A stretch of DNA of 64,000 nt. Origin: Candidatus Polarisedimenticolaceae bacterium (GTDB taxonomy: Bacteria > Acidobacteriota > Polarisedimenticolia > Polarisedimenticolales > DASRJG01). The number at the start of each line of letters is the position of its first letter. Within the stretch, counting starts at the first letter, position 1. The notes below the pieces were generated by a model. The model was not told the origin of the DNA and did not search any database. It was given only the letters and a program-made list of their open reading frames with translations. Made by a program: the position numbers and the translations under genes. Below are positions 27,740-36,020 of this stretch, in pieces. Location: contig DASVAW010000075.1 in assembly GCA_036376135.1 (NCBI GenBank), positions 3,131 through 67,130 of the forward strand. Direction: 5' to 3'.

Positions 27740-28167
27740 CGACGGGGCTCCATCGCGAAGACGGCGATCTCGCCGTCGTCCACGATCGGCTCGGGAACAC
27801 CGAAGGGGACGCGCACCACGGTTTCGGTCCGGACGGCCCGGCCGTCGAGCGTCGCGGTCGCTTCGATCAGGATCTCGTGGACTCCGGGTTTCCCGATGGG
27901 AACCCGCAGCGTCGTCGCGTCGAGGCGCTCGACCCCCGGCCACTCGACCCGGGCGGCGTCCAGGACGCGTACCGCGACCTCCGCCGCGCCGGCGGGGGCG
28001 ACGAGCCCGAAGGTGAGGTCGACGCTCCCCGAAGCGGGAGCGCCGCCGATCCGGGAGACCGTGCGAGGCGCCTTGGCCTCGGCGGCGAGTTGCATCTCGT
28101 CGGTCGGCTCGCATGCCGACGCCGCCATGAAGATCAGCGTGAAGATACCCCAGATGACGATTTTCAT
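27736..28167 (-). CDS. Hypothetical lipoprotein
   Basis: Signal peptide with a lipobox-like AASAC. GC3 is high. An ATGA overlap joins it to the metalloprotease start. Confidence 0.7.
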   Translation of the reverse strand: MKIVIWGIFTLIFMAASACEPTDEMQLAAEAKAPRTVSRIGGAPASGSVDLTFGLVAPAGAAEVAVRVLDAARVEWPGVERLDATTLRVPIGKPGVHEILIEATATLDGRAVRTETVVRVPFGVPEPIVDDGEIAVFAMEPRR

Positions 28168-28206
28168 GGATCCCCCCCACGAGAACTACGGACGAGCTCT
28201 TTGCGC

Positions 28207-28235
28207 TAAGTACCCGCGTGAGGGGCGCGCGTCAA
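28207..28235 (-). promoter_or_regulatory. Candidate sigma-70 promoter TTGACG-17-TACTTA
   Basis: Read on the minus strand upstream of the lipoprotein gene. The core is bracketed by the 8-bp inverted repeat TTTGCGCT (28200-28207) / AGCGCAAA (28235-28242). Confidence 0.3.
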
Positions 28236-28280
28236 GCGCAAATCCGCTCCCGGACGGAGATCGGGGATCCTCGAGCCCCC

Positions 28281-29684
28281 TCAGCGCGCCGACTTGCCCT
28301 TCCCGTTCCCCATGGCGCCGTCGGTGCCGAGCTCCTCGAGGAGGTAGGCGGCGGCCAGATTTCCCTTGTGGAACTGGTCGAGGTCGATCTTCTCGTTCGG
28401 CGCGTGGAGGTTGTCGTCATGCAGGCCGATTCCCATCATCACGGCCGGGACCTTGAGGATCCGGTCGAACGACGCGATGACCGGGATGGAGCCCCCCTCG
28501 CGGGTGAACACCGGCGTCTTGCCGAAGGCCTTCTTGACCGCGCGCGACGCCGCCGCGAGCGCCGGGTGCGTCGGCTCGGCGAGCCAACCGTCCCCCGAAT
28601 GCAGGTGGCGCACCTCCACCTCGACCGATTTCGGCGCGAGCTTCCTGAGGTAGGCGGAGACCAGCCGCGCGATCTCCTTGGGCTTCTGGTCGGGGACCAG
28701 GCGCATGGAGAGCTTCGCGTGCGCCTCGGCGGGGATCACCGTCTTCGCCCCCTCGCCGGTGAAGCCGCCCCAGATCCCGTTGACCTCCACCGTCGGGCGC
28801 GCCCACAGGCGCTCGAGGGTCGTGAAGCCCGCCTCGCCCCAGAGCTCCGGAGCGCCGATCGACTTCCGGAACTTCGCGTCGGAGTGGGGGAGGGTCGCGA
28901 TCGCCCGGCGCTCGGCCGTCGTGAGCTTGCGGACCTTGTCGTAGAACCCGGGGACCTTGATCTTCCCCTTCGCGTCCTTCAGCGCGGCGATCATCGTCGC
29001 GAGGGCGAAGGCGGGGTTCATCACCGCACCGCCGTATTGGCCGGAGTGGAGGTCCCGGGCGCTCCCGCGGACGTCGATCTGGAGATAGGTGAGCCCGCGC
29101 AGGCCGTGCACGATCGACGGGACCTTGCGGTCGAACATCGCGGTATCGCTCACGACGACGGCGTCGCACGCGAGCATGTCGCTCTCGGCGAGGATGAACG
29201 GCTCGAGGTTCCCCGAGCCGATCTCCTCCTCCCCCTCGATCACGAACTTCACGTTGACCGGGCACGTCCCGTTCGCGCGCAGGTGGGCCTCGAAGGCGTT
29301 GACGTGGATGAGCACCTGTCCCTTGTCGTCGGCGGCGCCGCGGCAATAGAGCTTGCCGTCGCGGATCGACGGCTCGAACGGCGGCGTCGTCCAGAGGTGC
29401 ACGGGGTCGACCGGCTGAACGTCGTAGTGGCCGTAGACGAGGATCGTCGGTTTTCCGGGGGCGCCGAGCCACTCGCCGTACACGATCGGATGCCGCTTGG
29501 TCTCGTAGATCTCCGCGCGGAAACATCCGGCGGTGCGCAGCCGGTCGCGCACCCACTCCGCGGCCCGGCGCACGTCGCCGGCGCGATCGGGGTCGGTCGA
29601 GATCGACGGGATGCGGAGCAGGTCCTGGAGCTCCGCCAGGTAGCGGTCGCCGTTCGCGCGGACGAAGGTCGCTGCTGCCGACAT
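28281..29684 (-). CDS. M20-family dipeptidase
   Basis: 467-aa track ORF with motifs GHYDVQP, GRGAADDKG, EGEEEIGS and HAPNE. Confidence 0.9.
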   Translation of the reverse strand: MSAAATFVRANGDRYLAELQDLLRIPSISTDPDRAGDVRRAAEWVRDRLRTAGCFRAEIYETKRHPIVYGEWLGAPGKPTILVYGHYDVQPVDPVHLWTTPPFEPSIRDGKLYCRGAADDKGQVLIHVNAFEAHLRANGTCPVNVKFVIEGEEEIGSGNLEPFILAESDMLACDAVVVSDTAMFDRKVPSIVHGLRGLTYLQIDVRGSARDLHSGQYGGAVMNPAFALATMIAALKDAKGKIKVPGFYDKVRKLTTAERRAIATLPHSDAKFRKSIGAPELWGEAGFTTLERLWARPTVEVNGIWGGFTGEGAKTVIPAEAHAKLSMRLVPDQKPKEIARLVSAYLRKLAPKSVEVEVRHLHSGDGWLAEPTHPALAAASRAVKKAFGKTPVFTREGGSIPVIASFDRILKVPAVMMGIGLHDDNLHAPNEKIDLDQFHKGNLAAAYLLEELGTDGAMGNGKGKSAR

Positions 29685-29760
29685 GGTGCCTCCTCGAAAA
29701 ACAGCCCGGCATTCTAGCTCCCGATCGCGACTCCGAGGAGGCGACGGCGGGGATTTCTCA

Positions 29761-29789
29761 TTGACGGACCCCGGGGGTCGCCGGACATT
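29761..29789 (+). promoter_or_regulatory. Candidate sigma-70 promoter TTGACG-17-GACATT
   Basis: Read directly, 45 nt upstream of the S8 protease ATG. The -10 element is weak. Confidence 0.3.
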
Positions 29790-29833
29790 CCCGGGCGGCC
29801 GAAACCGCCGCTTCGTGGGGGGAGTTGCGCCCG

Positions 29834-32800
29834 ATGTACGTTCGCCGCCTGTTCGTGTGCCTTGCCTTGGCCTGCACCGCCGTTGCGGCCGCCCCCGAGC
29901 GTCGCGTCGTGGAGGTTCCGGACGCCGGAATCCGCTACGCGGTTTGGAGCGAGTCCGGGGAGCGCTTCGTCGCGTTCTCCCGGGACGGCGGTGCGAGCTG
30001 GACCCGACCCCGCGCCATGGACCTCTCGATCCCGCTGCGCTTCGCGCGACTGCTCCCGGGGGAGGACGTCCCGGCGGCGCCGGCGGGGTTCTCCTCCCGG
30101 GCCGGGAACCGGCTGTACCTCGTCCAGTTCGAGACTCCGGGCCTCGAGGCCTATCGACGCATCCTCCGCGACCTCGGCGCCGAGGTGCTCCAGTTCGTGC
30201 CCCACCAGTCCCACGTGCTCCGCATGGACCCCGACGCCGTCGCGGCGGTCGCCGCGCAGCCGTTCGTCCGCTGGATCGGTCCTTACGAGCCCGCGTATCG
30301 CATCGAGCCCGAGGTCCTCCGGGAGATCCTCGGTTCCGACGCGTCGCGCGAGGCGCGCCGTTACCACGTGATGAGCTTCCTTCCCGGGCTCGCGGAGAAG
30401 TCGGCGCTGGCGGAGGAGATCCGCGCGATCGGCGGCCGGGTGGACCTCGTGCCCGCGAACGGCTACCGCCTCGAGGCGACGCTTTCGCTCGAGCAGGTGG
30501 CGCTCCTCGCGCATTCGAACCGGCTGCAGTGGATCGACCGCTGGACCCCGCGCGAGACGGACATGGACATCGTCCGGGAACAGGCGGGGGAGAACTACGT
30601 CGAGTCGGTCGGCGGGTACTCCGGCCAGGGGGTGCGCGGCGAGGTGATGGACGCCGGGGTCGAGCAGACCCACCCGGATTTCGACGGGATCCTGCTCCAC
30701 GGCGGGGGCGTGAGCGTCGACAGCCACGGCACGTCGACCTACGGGATCGTCTTCGGCAACGGGAACCGCGACGGCGACGGAAACGCGCAGGGGCTCGGCA
30801 GCCTTCCCTCGAAGGCGGCGGGGTACTTCGCCGACTACGACGCGCTGACCGATCGCTACCAGCACACCGCCGAGATCGTCGCGTCCCCGATCTTCGGTTT
30901 GTTCCAGTCGAATTCGTGGGGGGATGCGCGGACCCGCGCGTACACGTCGATCTCCCAGGAGATGGACGACATCATCTGGATCCACGACCTCGCGATCTTC
31001 CAGTCACAGTCCAACGCCGGAAACCAGGACAGCCGCCCGCAGGCCTGGGCCAAGAACATCATCTCGATCGGGGCCGTCGAGCACTACAACACGCGCACGC
31101 TCGCCGACGACTGCTGGTGTTTCTCCGGATCGATCGGCCCGGCGGCGGACGGCCGCATCAAGCCGGACCTCGCCTACTGGTACGACTCCATCTACACGAC
31201 GACGACCGGCGGCGGGTACACGACCGGCTTCGGCGGGACCTCCGCGGCGACGCCGATCAGCGCGGGGATCGGCGGGTTGATCTTCCAGATGTGGGGCGCG
31301 AACGTCCTCGGGAACAACCCGCAGGGGGCGACCCTGTTCGACAAGCGTCCCCACGCCGCCACCCTGAAGGCGATGATGATCAACACGGCCGAGCCCTACC
31401 CCTTCACGGGGAGCGGGGCCGATCTCGGGCGCTTCAAGCAGGGTTGGGGGCTTCCGTCGGCGAGTCGCTTTCTCGACCGCGCGCCGCGGATGAAGGTCGT
31501 CGACGAAGAGCGCTCCGTCGCCGAGCTCGAGGTCCACGCCTACACCGCGACGGTACCGGCGGGGATGGACGAGCTCAAGGTCACCCTCGCGTACACCGAC
31601 CGTGCGGGAACGACCTCGTCGACGCTCCACCGCATCAACGACGTCTCGCTGAAGGTGACGAGCCCGTCCGGAGCGGTGGTCTACCACGGCAACTTCGGCC
31701 TCGACGCGGGGAACTGGTCGGCTTCCGGCGGCGCCCCGGACGGCATCAACAACGTCGAGAACGTCTTCGTGCAGGCTCCCGCCGCCGGCCTGTGGACGAT
31801 CGAGATCTCGGGCGACGACATCAACCTGGACCAGAATCCCTCGACCCCCGTCGTCGACCAGGACTACGCCCTCGTCGTGTACGGGGTCACGACCCTCGAC
31901 TTCGGCTGCCTCGTGCAGCCGGCGCCCGCATCCGGCCTCTCCGGCGCCCCCTCGGGGGACAACGCGGTGGCGTTGTCCTGGACCGGGACGCCGACCGCCG
32001 CGGGGTACCGCGTGTACCGGGCCGCGGGAGGCTGCGGCGGGAGCTTCGCGCAGGTCGGAGGGACCCTCGCCGCGGCGACGACGTTCACCGACACGAGCGC
32101 GTCGGGGGGACGCGTCTACGGCTACACGGTGCGCGCCGTCGAGGGGTGCGAGGCGGAGCCCTCCAACTGCGTCGAGGTGACGGCGACCGGGCCGTGCATC
32201 CTCCCGCCGGCGTTCGCGGGGGCCGTGTCCGCGACCGACGTGAACGCCGCGCAGTGCGGGGTCACGGTCGCCTGGGGCGCCGCAACCCCCGCGTGCGGCG
32301 GGTCGGTGGCGTACAACGTCTATCGCGGCACCTCCGCCGCGTTCGTGCCGTCGACGTCCAACCGCGTCGCCTCCTGCGTCACGGGCACGAGCTTCGTCGA
32401 CGGACGCGCGCTGACCTCGAACCAGAGCTACTGGTACGTCGTGCGCGCGGTGGACCTCGGCGGCCGCGGGAGCGCCGAATGCGGCGGCGTCGGGGAGACG
32501 AACGCGGTCAAGGTCACGGCGCGTCCGCGCGGACCGATCGGCAACCTGATCTCGCAGGACTTCGAGGCGGGCCTGGGCGCGTGGACGGTGCAGGACGGCG
32601 CTCCCGCGGCGGGCGCGGGGGACTTCCTCGCGGACATCCCGGTCGGCTCGACGGACGGCGGGCTCCAGGCCAACCCCGCGAGCTGCCCGCAGGGCGCGCG
32701 GTGCCTGTTCACCGGCAAGAACAAGGGGGGGAACCCCAACAACGGCGACGTCGACGACGGCGAGACGCAGGCGCTCTCCCCGGTCTTCGACGCCTCGTCC

Positions 32801-33463
32801 TTCTCCACCGCGCAGCTCACCTTCCAGCGCTGGCACTACCACAGCGGGAACTTCAACGACTCGGCCGACCGATTCGGCTTCGAGGTCTCCCGCGACGGCG
32901 GAACGACGTGGCAGTCGCTCGACGCGTTGACCGGAAGCACGAGCGCGAACGCCTGGACGCCGCGTTCGTTCGACCTCGAGACCACCGGAGCGCTGACCTC
33001 GCAGATGCGCGTCCGCGCCCGCTCGGCGGACGGCCCCAACTTCGACAGCGTCGTCGAATCCGCGGTGGACGACGTCCGCGTGGTCGGCTTCCAGACGTGC
33101 ACGAGCCCCGCTCCGGGCGCCCCCGGGGCGACGACGGGAACGCTCCTGGTCGACCGGGACACCGACTCGTCGAGGCTGAAGCTGTCGTGGGGGCCCGAGT
33201 GCGGCGGCGGGACGGGGTACTCCGTCTACCGCGGCGATCTCGCGGCGGGTTGGGGCTCGGCGGCGCCGCTCCCCGGGTTCTGCGGCGTCGCCGGCATGCG
33301 CGCCTTCGTGAGCCCCGACGCAGGGTCGTACTTCTTCATCGTGGCGCCCAACGACGGCGCGACGGAGGGAAGCCTGGGCCTGCGCTCGGACGGGACGCGT
33401 CGGCCGCGGCCGACGACGGCCTGCCTGCCGGAGGCACCGGCGGTGAACGCCTGCGCCCCGTGA
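29834..33463 (+). CDS. Secreted subtilisin-family (S8) serine protease with C-terminal FN3-like/Cys-rich modules
   Basis: ATG at 29834 (MYVRRLFVCLALACTAVAAA, signal peptide). Catalytic triad contexts are VMDAGV, DSHGTSTYG and GFGGTSAATP. About 520 aa of repeated modules follow, with Y(R/N/S)VYRG motifs. Confidence 0.9.
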   Translation: MYVRRLFVCLALACTAVAAAPERRVVEVPDAGIRYAVWSESGERFVAFSRDGGASWTRPRAMDLSIPLRFARLLPGEDVPAAPAGFSSRAGNRLYLVQFETPGLEAYRRILRDLGAEVLQFVPHQSHVLRMDPDAVAAVAAQPFVRWIGPYEPAYRIEPEVLREILGSDASREARRYHVMSFLPGLAEKSALAEEIRAIGGRVDLVPANGYRLEATLSLEQVALLAHSNRLQWIDRWTPRETDMDIVREQAGENYVESVGGYSGQGVRGEVMDAGVEQTHPDFDGILLHGGGVSVDSHGTSTYGIVFGNGNRDGDGNAQGLGSLPSKAAGYFADYDALTDRYQHTAEIVASPIFGLFQSNSWGDARTRAYTSISQEMDDIIWIHDLAIFQSQSNAGNQDSRPQAWAKNIISIGAVEHYNTRTLADDCWCFSGSIGPAADGRIKPDLAYWYDSIYTTTTGGGYTTGFGGTSAATPISAGIGGLIFQMWGANVLGNNPQGATLFDKRPHAATLKAMMINTAEPYPFTGSGADLGRFKQGWGLPSASRFLDRAPRMKVVDEERSVAELEVHAYTATVPAGMDELKVTLAYTDRAGTTSSTLHRINDVSLKVTSPSGAVVYHGNFGLDAGNWSASGGAPDGINNVENVFVQAPAAGLWTIEISGDDINLDQNPSTPVVDQDYALVVYGVTTLDFGCLVQPAPASGLSGAPSGDNAVALSWTGTPTAAGYRVYRAAGGCGGSFAQVGGTLAAATTFTDTSASGGRVYGYTVRAVEGCEAEPSNCVEVTATGPCILPPAFAGAVSATDVNAAQCGVTVAWGAATPACGGSVAYNVYRGTSAAFVPSTSNRVASCVTGTSFVDGRALTSNQSYWYVVRAVDLGGRGSAECGGVGETNAVKVTARPRGPIGNLISQDFEAGLGAWTVQDGAPAAGAGDFLADIPVGSTDGGLQANPASCPQGARCLFTGKNKGGNPNNGDVDDGETQALSPVFDASSFSTAQLTFQRWHYHSGNFNDSADRFGFEVSRDGGTTWQSLDALTGSTSANAWTPRSFDLETTGALTSQMRVRARSADGPNFDSVVESAVDDVRVVGFQTCTSPAPGAPGATTGTLLVDRDTDSSRLKLSWGPECGGGTGYSVYRGDLAAGWGSAAPLPGFCGVAGMRAFVSPDAGSYFFIVAPNDGATEGSLGLRSDGTRRPRPTTACLPEAPAVNACAP

Positions 33464-33476
33464 GGCGGCTTCGGCG

Positions 33477-33506
33477 TTGACATCGACGCCCCCGCGATCC
33501 TAGGCT
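33477..33506 (+). promoter_or_regulatory. Candidate sigma-70 promoter TTGACA-18-TAGGCT
   Basis: Read directly in the 80-bp gap upstream of the OPT transporter. An AGGGGA Shine-Dalgarno lies at 33527-33532. Confidence 0.35.
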
Positions 33507-33543
33507 CACCGGCCCTACGAACCGGAAAAGGGGACCTCCGCGC

Positions 33544-35580
33544 ATGTCGAGCGAGAACTTCAAGCCCTATATCCCCGCCTCGCGGACCGACGTCGCCGAG
33601 TTCACGGTCAAGGCGATCGTGCTCGGAGCGATCTTCGGGATCCTCTTCGGCGCGGCGACCGTCTACCTCGCGCTGAAGGCCGGGCTCACCGTCTCGGCCT
33701 CGATCCCGATCGCCGTGATCGCGATCTCGCTCGGCCAGCGGATCTTCCGCACGACGATCCTCGAGAACAACATCATCCAGACGGCCGGGTCCGCGGGGGA
33801 GTCGATCGCCGCCGGGGTCGCCTTCACCCTTCCCGGATTTCTGTTCCTGACGCAGGTGAACGGCCAGAGCGTCGGACTTCCCTACTTCAACTACGTCACG
33901 CTTTTCGTCCTGGCCCTGGTCGGCGGCATCCTCGGGACGCTCATGATGATCCCCCTCCGGCGGTCGCTGATCGTCAAGGAGCACGGCGTCCTGCAGTACC
34001 CGGAAGGAACCGCGTGCGCGTCGGTCCTGATTGCGGGCGATCGCGGGGGCAGCTTCGCGAAGACCGCCTTCCTCGGCGTGGGCGTGGCCCTCGGGTACGC
34101 GATCCTCCAGAAGATCTTCCACGTCATCGCCGAGACGCCCGCGTGGGTCACGCGGACGACCAACAAGTACCTCCCCAACGCGACCGTCAACGGCGAGATC
34201 ACCCCGGAGTACCTCGGCGTCGGGTACATCATCGGCCCGCGGATCGCCGGGGTGCTCGTGGCCGGCGGCGTGCTCGCGTGGCTGGGGTTGATCCCGCTCC
34301 TGTCGGTGCTGGTCGAGCCGGCGAAGATCTTCGAGCAGCTCGTCAAGGTCGGCGGCGCCGGCAAGGGCGGCTGGGACCCCGCCACGCAGACCTTCGCCAA
34401 TCCCGCGGTCGCCGTCTACTTCGCCTACATCCGGCAGATCGGCGCGGGGGCGGTCGCGGCGGGCGGGTTCATCACGCTGCTCAAGACGCTGCCGACGATC
34501 GTCTCGTCGCTGCGGGACAGCATCGCCTCGCTCAAGGACAAGTCCGTGGCGGCCTCCATCTCCCGCACCGACCGCGACCTGTCCTTCTGGACGGTGATCC
34601 TCGGGAGCGCGGGCCTCGTCGCGATCCTCGCGCTGCTCCCGCAGATCCCCGGGGAGTCGATCCTCAACAAGCTGCTGATCGCGATCCTGATCATCCTGTT
34701 CGGGTTCATCTTCGTGACCGTGTCGAGCCGCATCGTCGGGATCATCGGCTCCTCGTCGAATCCGATCTCCGGGATGACGATCGCGACCCTGATGGCCACG
34801 GCGATGATCTTCGTCGGGCTGGGGTGGACCGGGAGCGCCTACGAGCCGATGGCGCTCGTGGTCGGCGGCATGGTCTGCATCGCGGCGGCCAACGGCGGCG
34901 CGACGAGCCAGGACCTCAAGACCGGCTACATCGTCGGCGCCACTCCGAAGTACCAGCAGATCGCGCTGTTCGTCGGGGCGATCGCCTCGGCGATCGTGAT
35001 CGGCCTCACGGTCCAGGTCCTCGACAAGCCGACCGCGGAGGCCGCGGCGCAGGGGGTCGTGCACGCGATCGGAAGCGAGAAGTTCCCGGCCCCCCAGGCG
35101 ACGCTCATGGCGACGCTGATCAAGGGGCTGCTCTCCCTCAACCTCGACTGGCACTTCGTCCTCGTCGGCGTCTTCCTCGCGGTGACGATGGAGCTCTGCG
35201 GGGTGAAGTCGCTCTCGTTCGCGGTCGGCGCCTACCTCCCGCTCTCCACGACGCTGCCGATCTTCGTCGGCGGCGCGATGAAGGGGCTCGTCGACCACGC
35301 GGCCAAGCGCCGCGGCGAGGAGCCCGAGGAAGGGGAGCTCGGCGGCGGAAGCCTGTTCGCCACGGGTCTCGTCGCGGGGGGCGCCCTGACGGGGGTGATC
35401 GTGGCGCTGCTGCAGGTCAACGACAGGATCGGCGCCGCGATCGGTACGCTCAGCGCGCGGCACGCCCTCGAGTCCGCCCTCGGACCCGGCGGTTACCAGC
35501 TGCTCGGCGTCGTCTTCTTCCTCTCGATGGCGACCCTGGTCTACCGCATCGCGGGCAGGCCCCACCCGAAGCAGCCCTAG
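33544..35580 (+). CDS. OPT-family oligopeptide transporter
   Basis: 678-aa polytopic membrane protein. The N-terminus SENFKPYIPASRTDVAEFTVKAIVLGAIFG and overall pattern are typical of the bacterial OPT family. Confidence 0.9.
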   Translation: MSSENFKPYIPASRTDVAEFTVKAIVLGAIFGILFGAATVYLALKAGLTVSASIPIAVIAISLGQRIFRTTILENNIIQTAGSAGESIAAGVAFTLPGFLFLTQVNGQSVGLPYFNYVTLFVLALVGGILGTLMMIPLRRSLIVKEHGVLQYPEGTACASVLIAGDRGGSFAKTAFLGVGVALGYAILQKIFHVIAETPAWVTRTTNKYLPNATVNGEITPEYLGVGYIIGPRIAGVLVAGGVLAWLGLIPLLSVLVEPAKIFEQLVKVGGAGKGGWDPATQTFANPAVAVYFAYIRQIGAGAVAAGGFITLLKTLPTIVSSLRDSIASLKDKSVAASISRTDRDLSFWTVILGSAGLVAILALLPQIPGESILNKLLIAILIILFGFIFVTVSSRIVGIIGSSSNPISGMTIATLMATAMIFVGLGWTGSAYEPMALVVGGMVCIAAANGGATSQDLKTGYIVGATPKYQQIALFVGAIASAIVIGLTVQVLDKPTAEAAAQGVVHAIGSEKFPAPQATLMATLIKGLLSLNLDWHFVLVGVFLAVTMELCGVKSLSFAVGAYLPLSTTLPIFVGGAMKGLVDHAAKRRGEEPEEGELGGGSLFATGLVAGGALTGVIVALLQVNDRIGAAIGTLSARHALESALGPGGYQLLGVVFFLSMATLVYRIAGRPHPKQP

Positions 35581-36020
35581 AGGCGGACCCCCGCCCGCTT
35601 GAGCCTGCGCCGGAACTCCGCCCCCGCCCTCGCGTCGCGAAGGGCGACGAAGATCGTGTCGTCCCCGGCGATCGTCCCGTGGACGCCGGGGATCCCGGCG
35701 CGGTCGATCGCGATGGCGACGGGGGAGGCCTCGCCCGCGGGGGTGATGACGACCAGCAGGTTCGGCCCGGCGTCGCGAAGCGCGAGGACGTTGGCGCGCA
35801 CCCTCTGGGCGAACGGGTCCTCGGCGGGCCTGGAGCCCGGAAGGCGGGCGTAGCGGCCGTCGACCTTCACGAGCCCGAGCGCGGCGGTGTCGCGCGAGAC
35901 GGAGGCCTGGCTGACGTCGAACCCGCGCCGGTGCAGGGCCAGGGCGAGCTCCTCCTGCGTCCCGACCGCCTCGGCGGCGACGATGTCGAGGATCGCCTCG
36001 CGGCGGCGGCGCGTCTCCAT
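35577..36020 (-). CDS. argR: Arginine repressor
   Basis: METRRRREAILDIV... with winged-helix SQASVSRD and C-terminal GTIAGDDTIFV. It overlaps the argH stop by 1 nt. Confidence 0.9.
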   Translation of the reverse strand: METRRRREAILDIVAAEAVGTQEELALALHRRGFDVSQASVSRDTAALGLVKVDGRYARLPGSRPAEDPFAQRVRANVLALRDAGPNLLVVITPAGEASPVAIAIDRAGIPGVHGTIAGDDTIFVALRDARAGAEFRRRLKRAGVRL

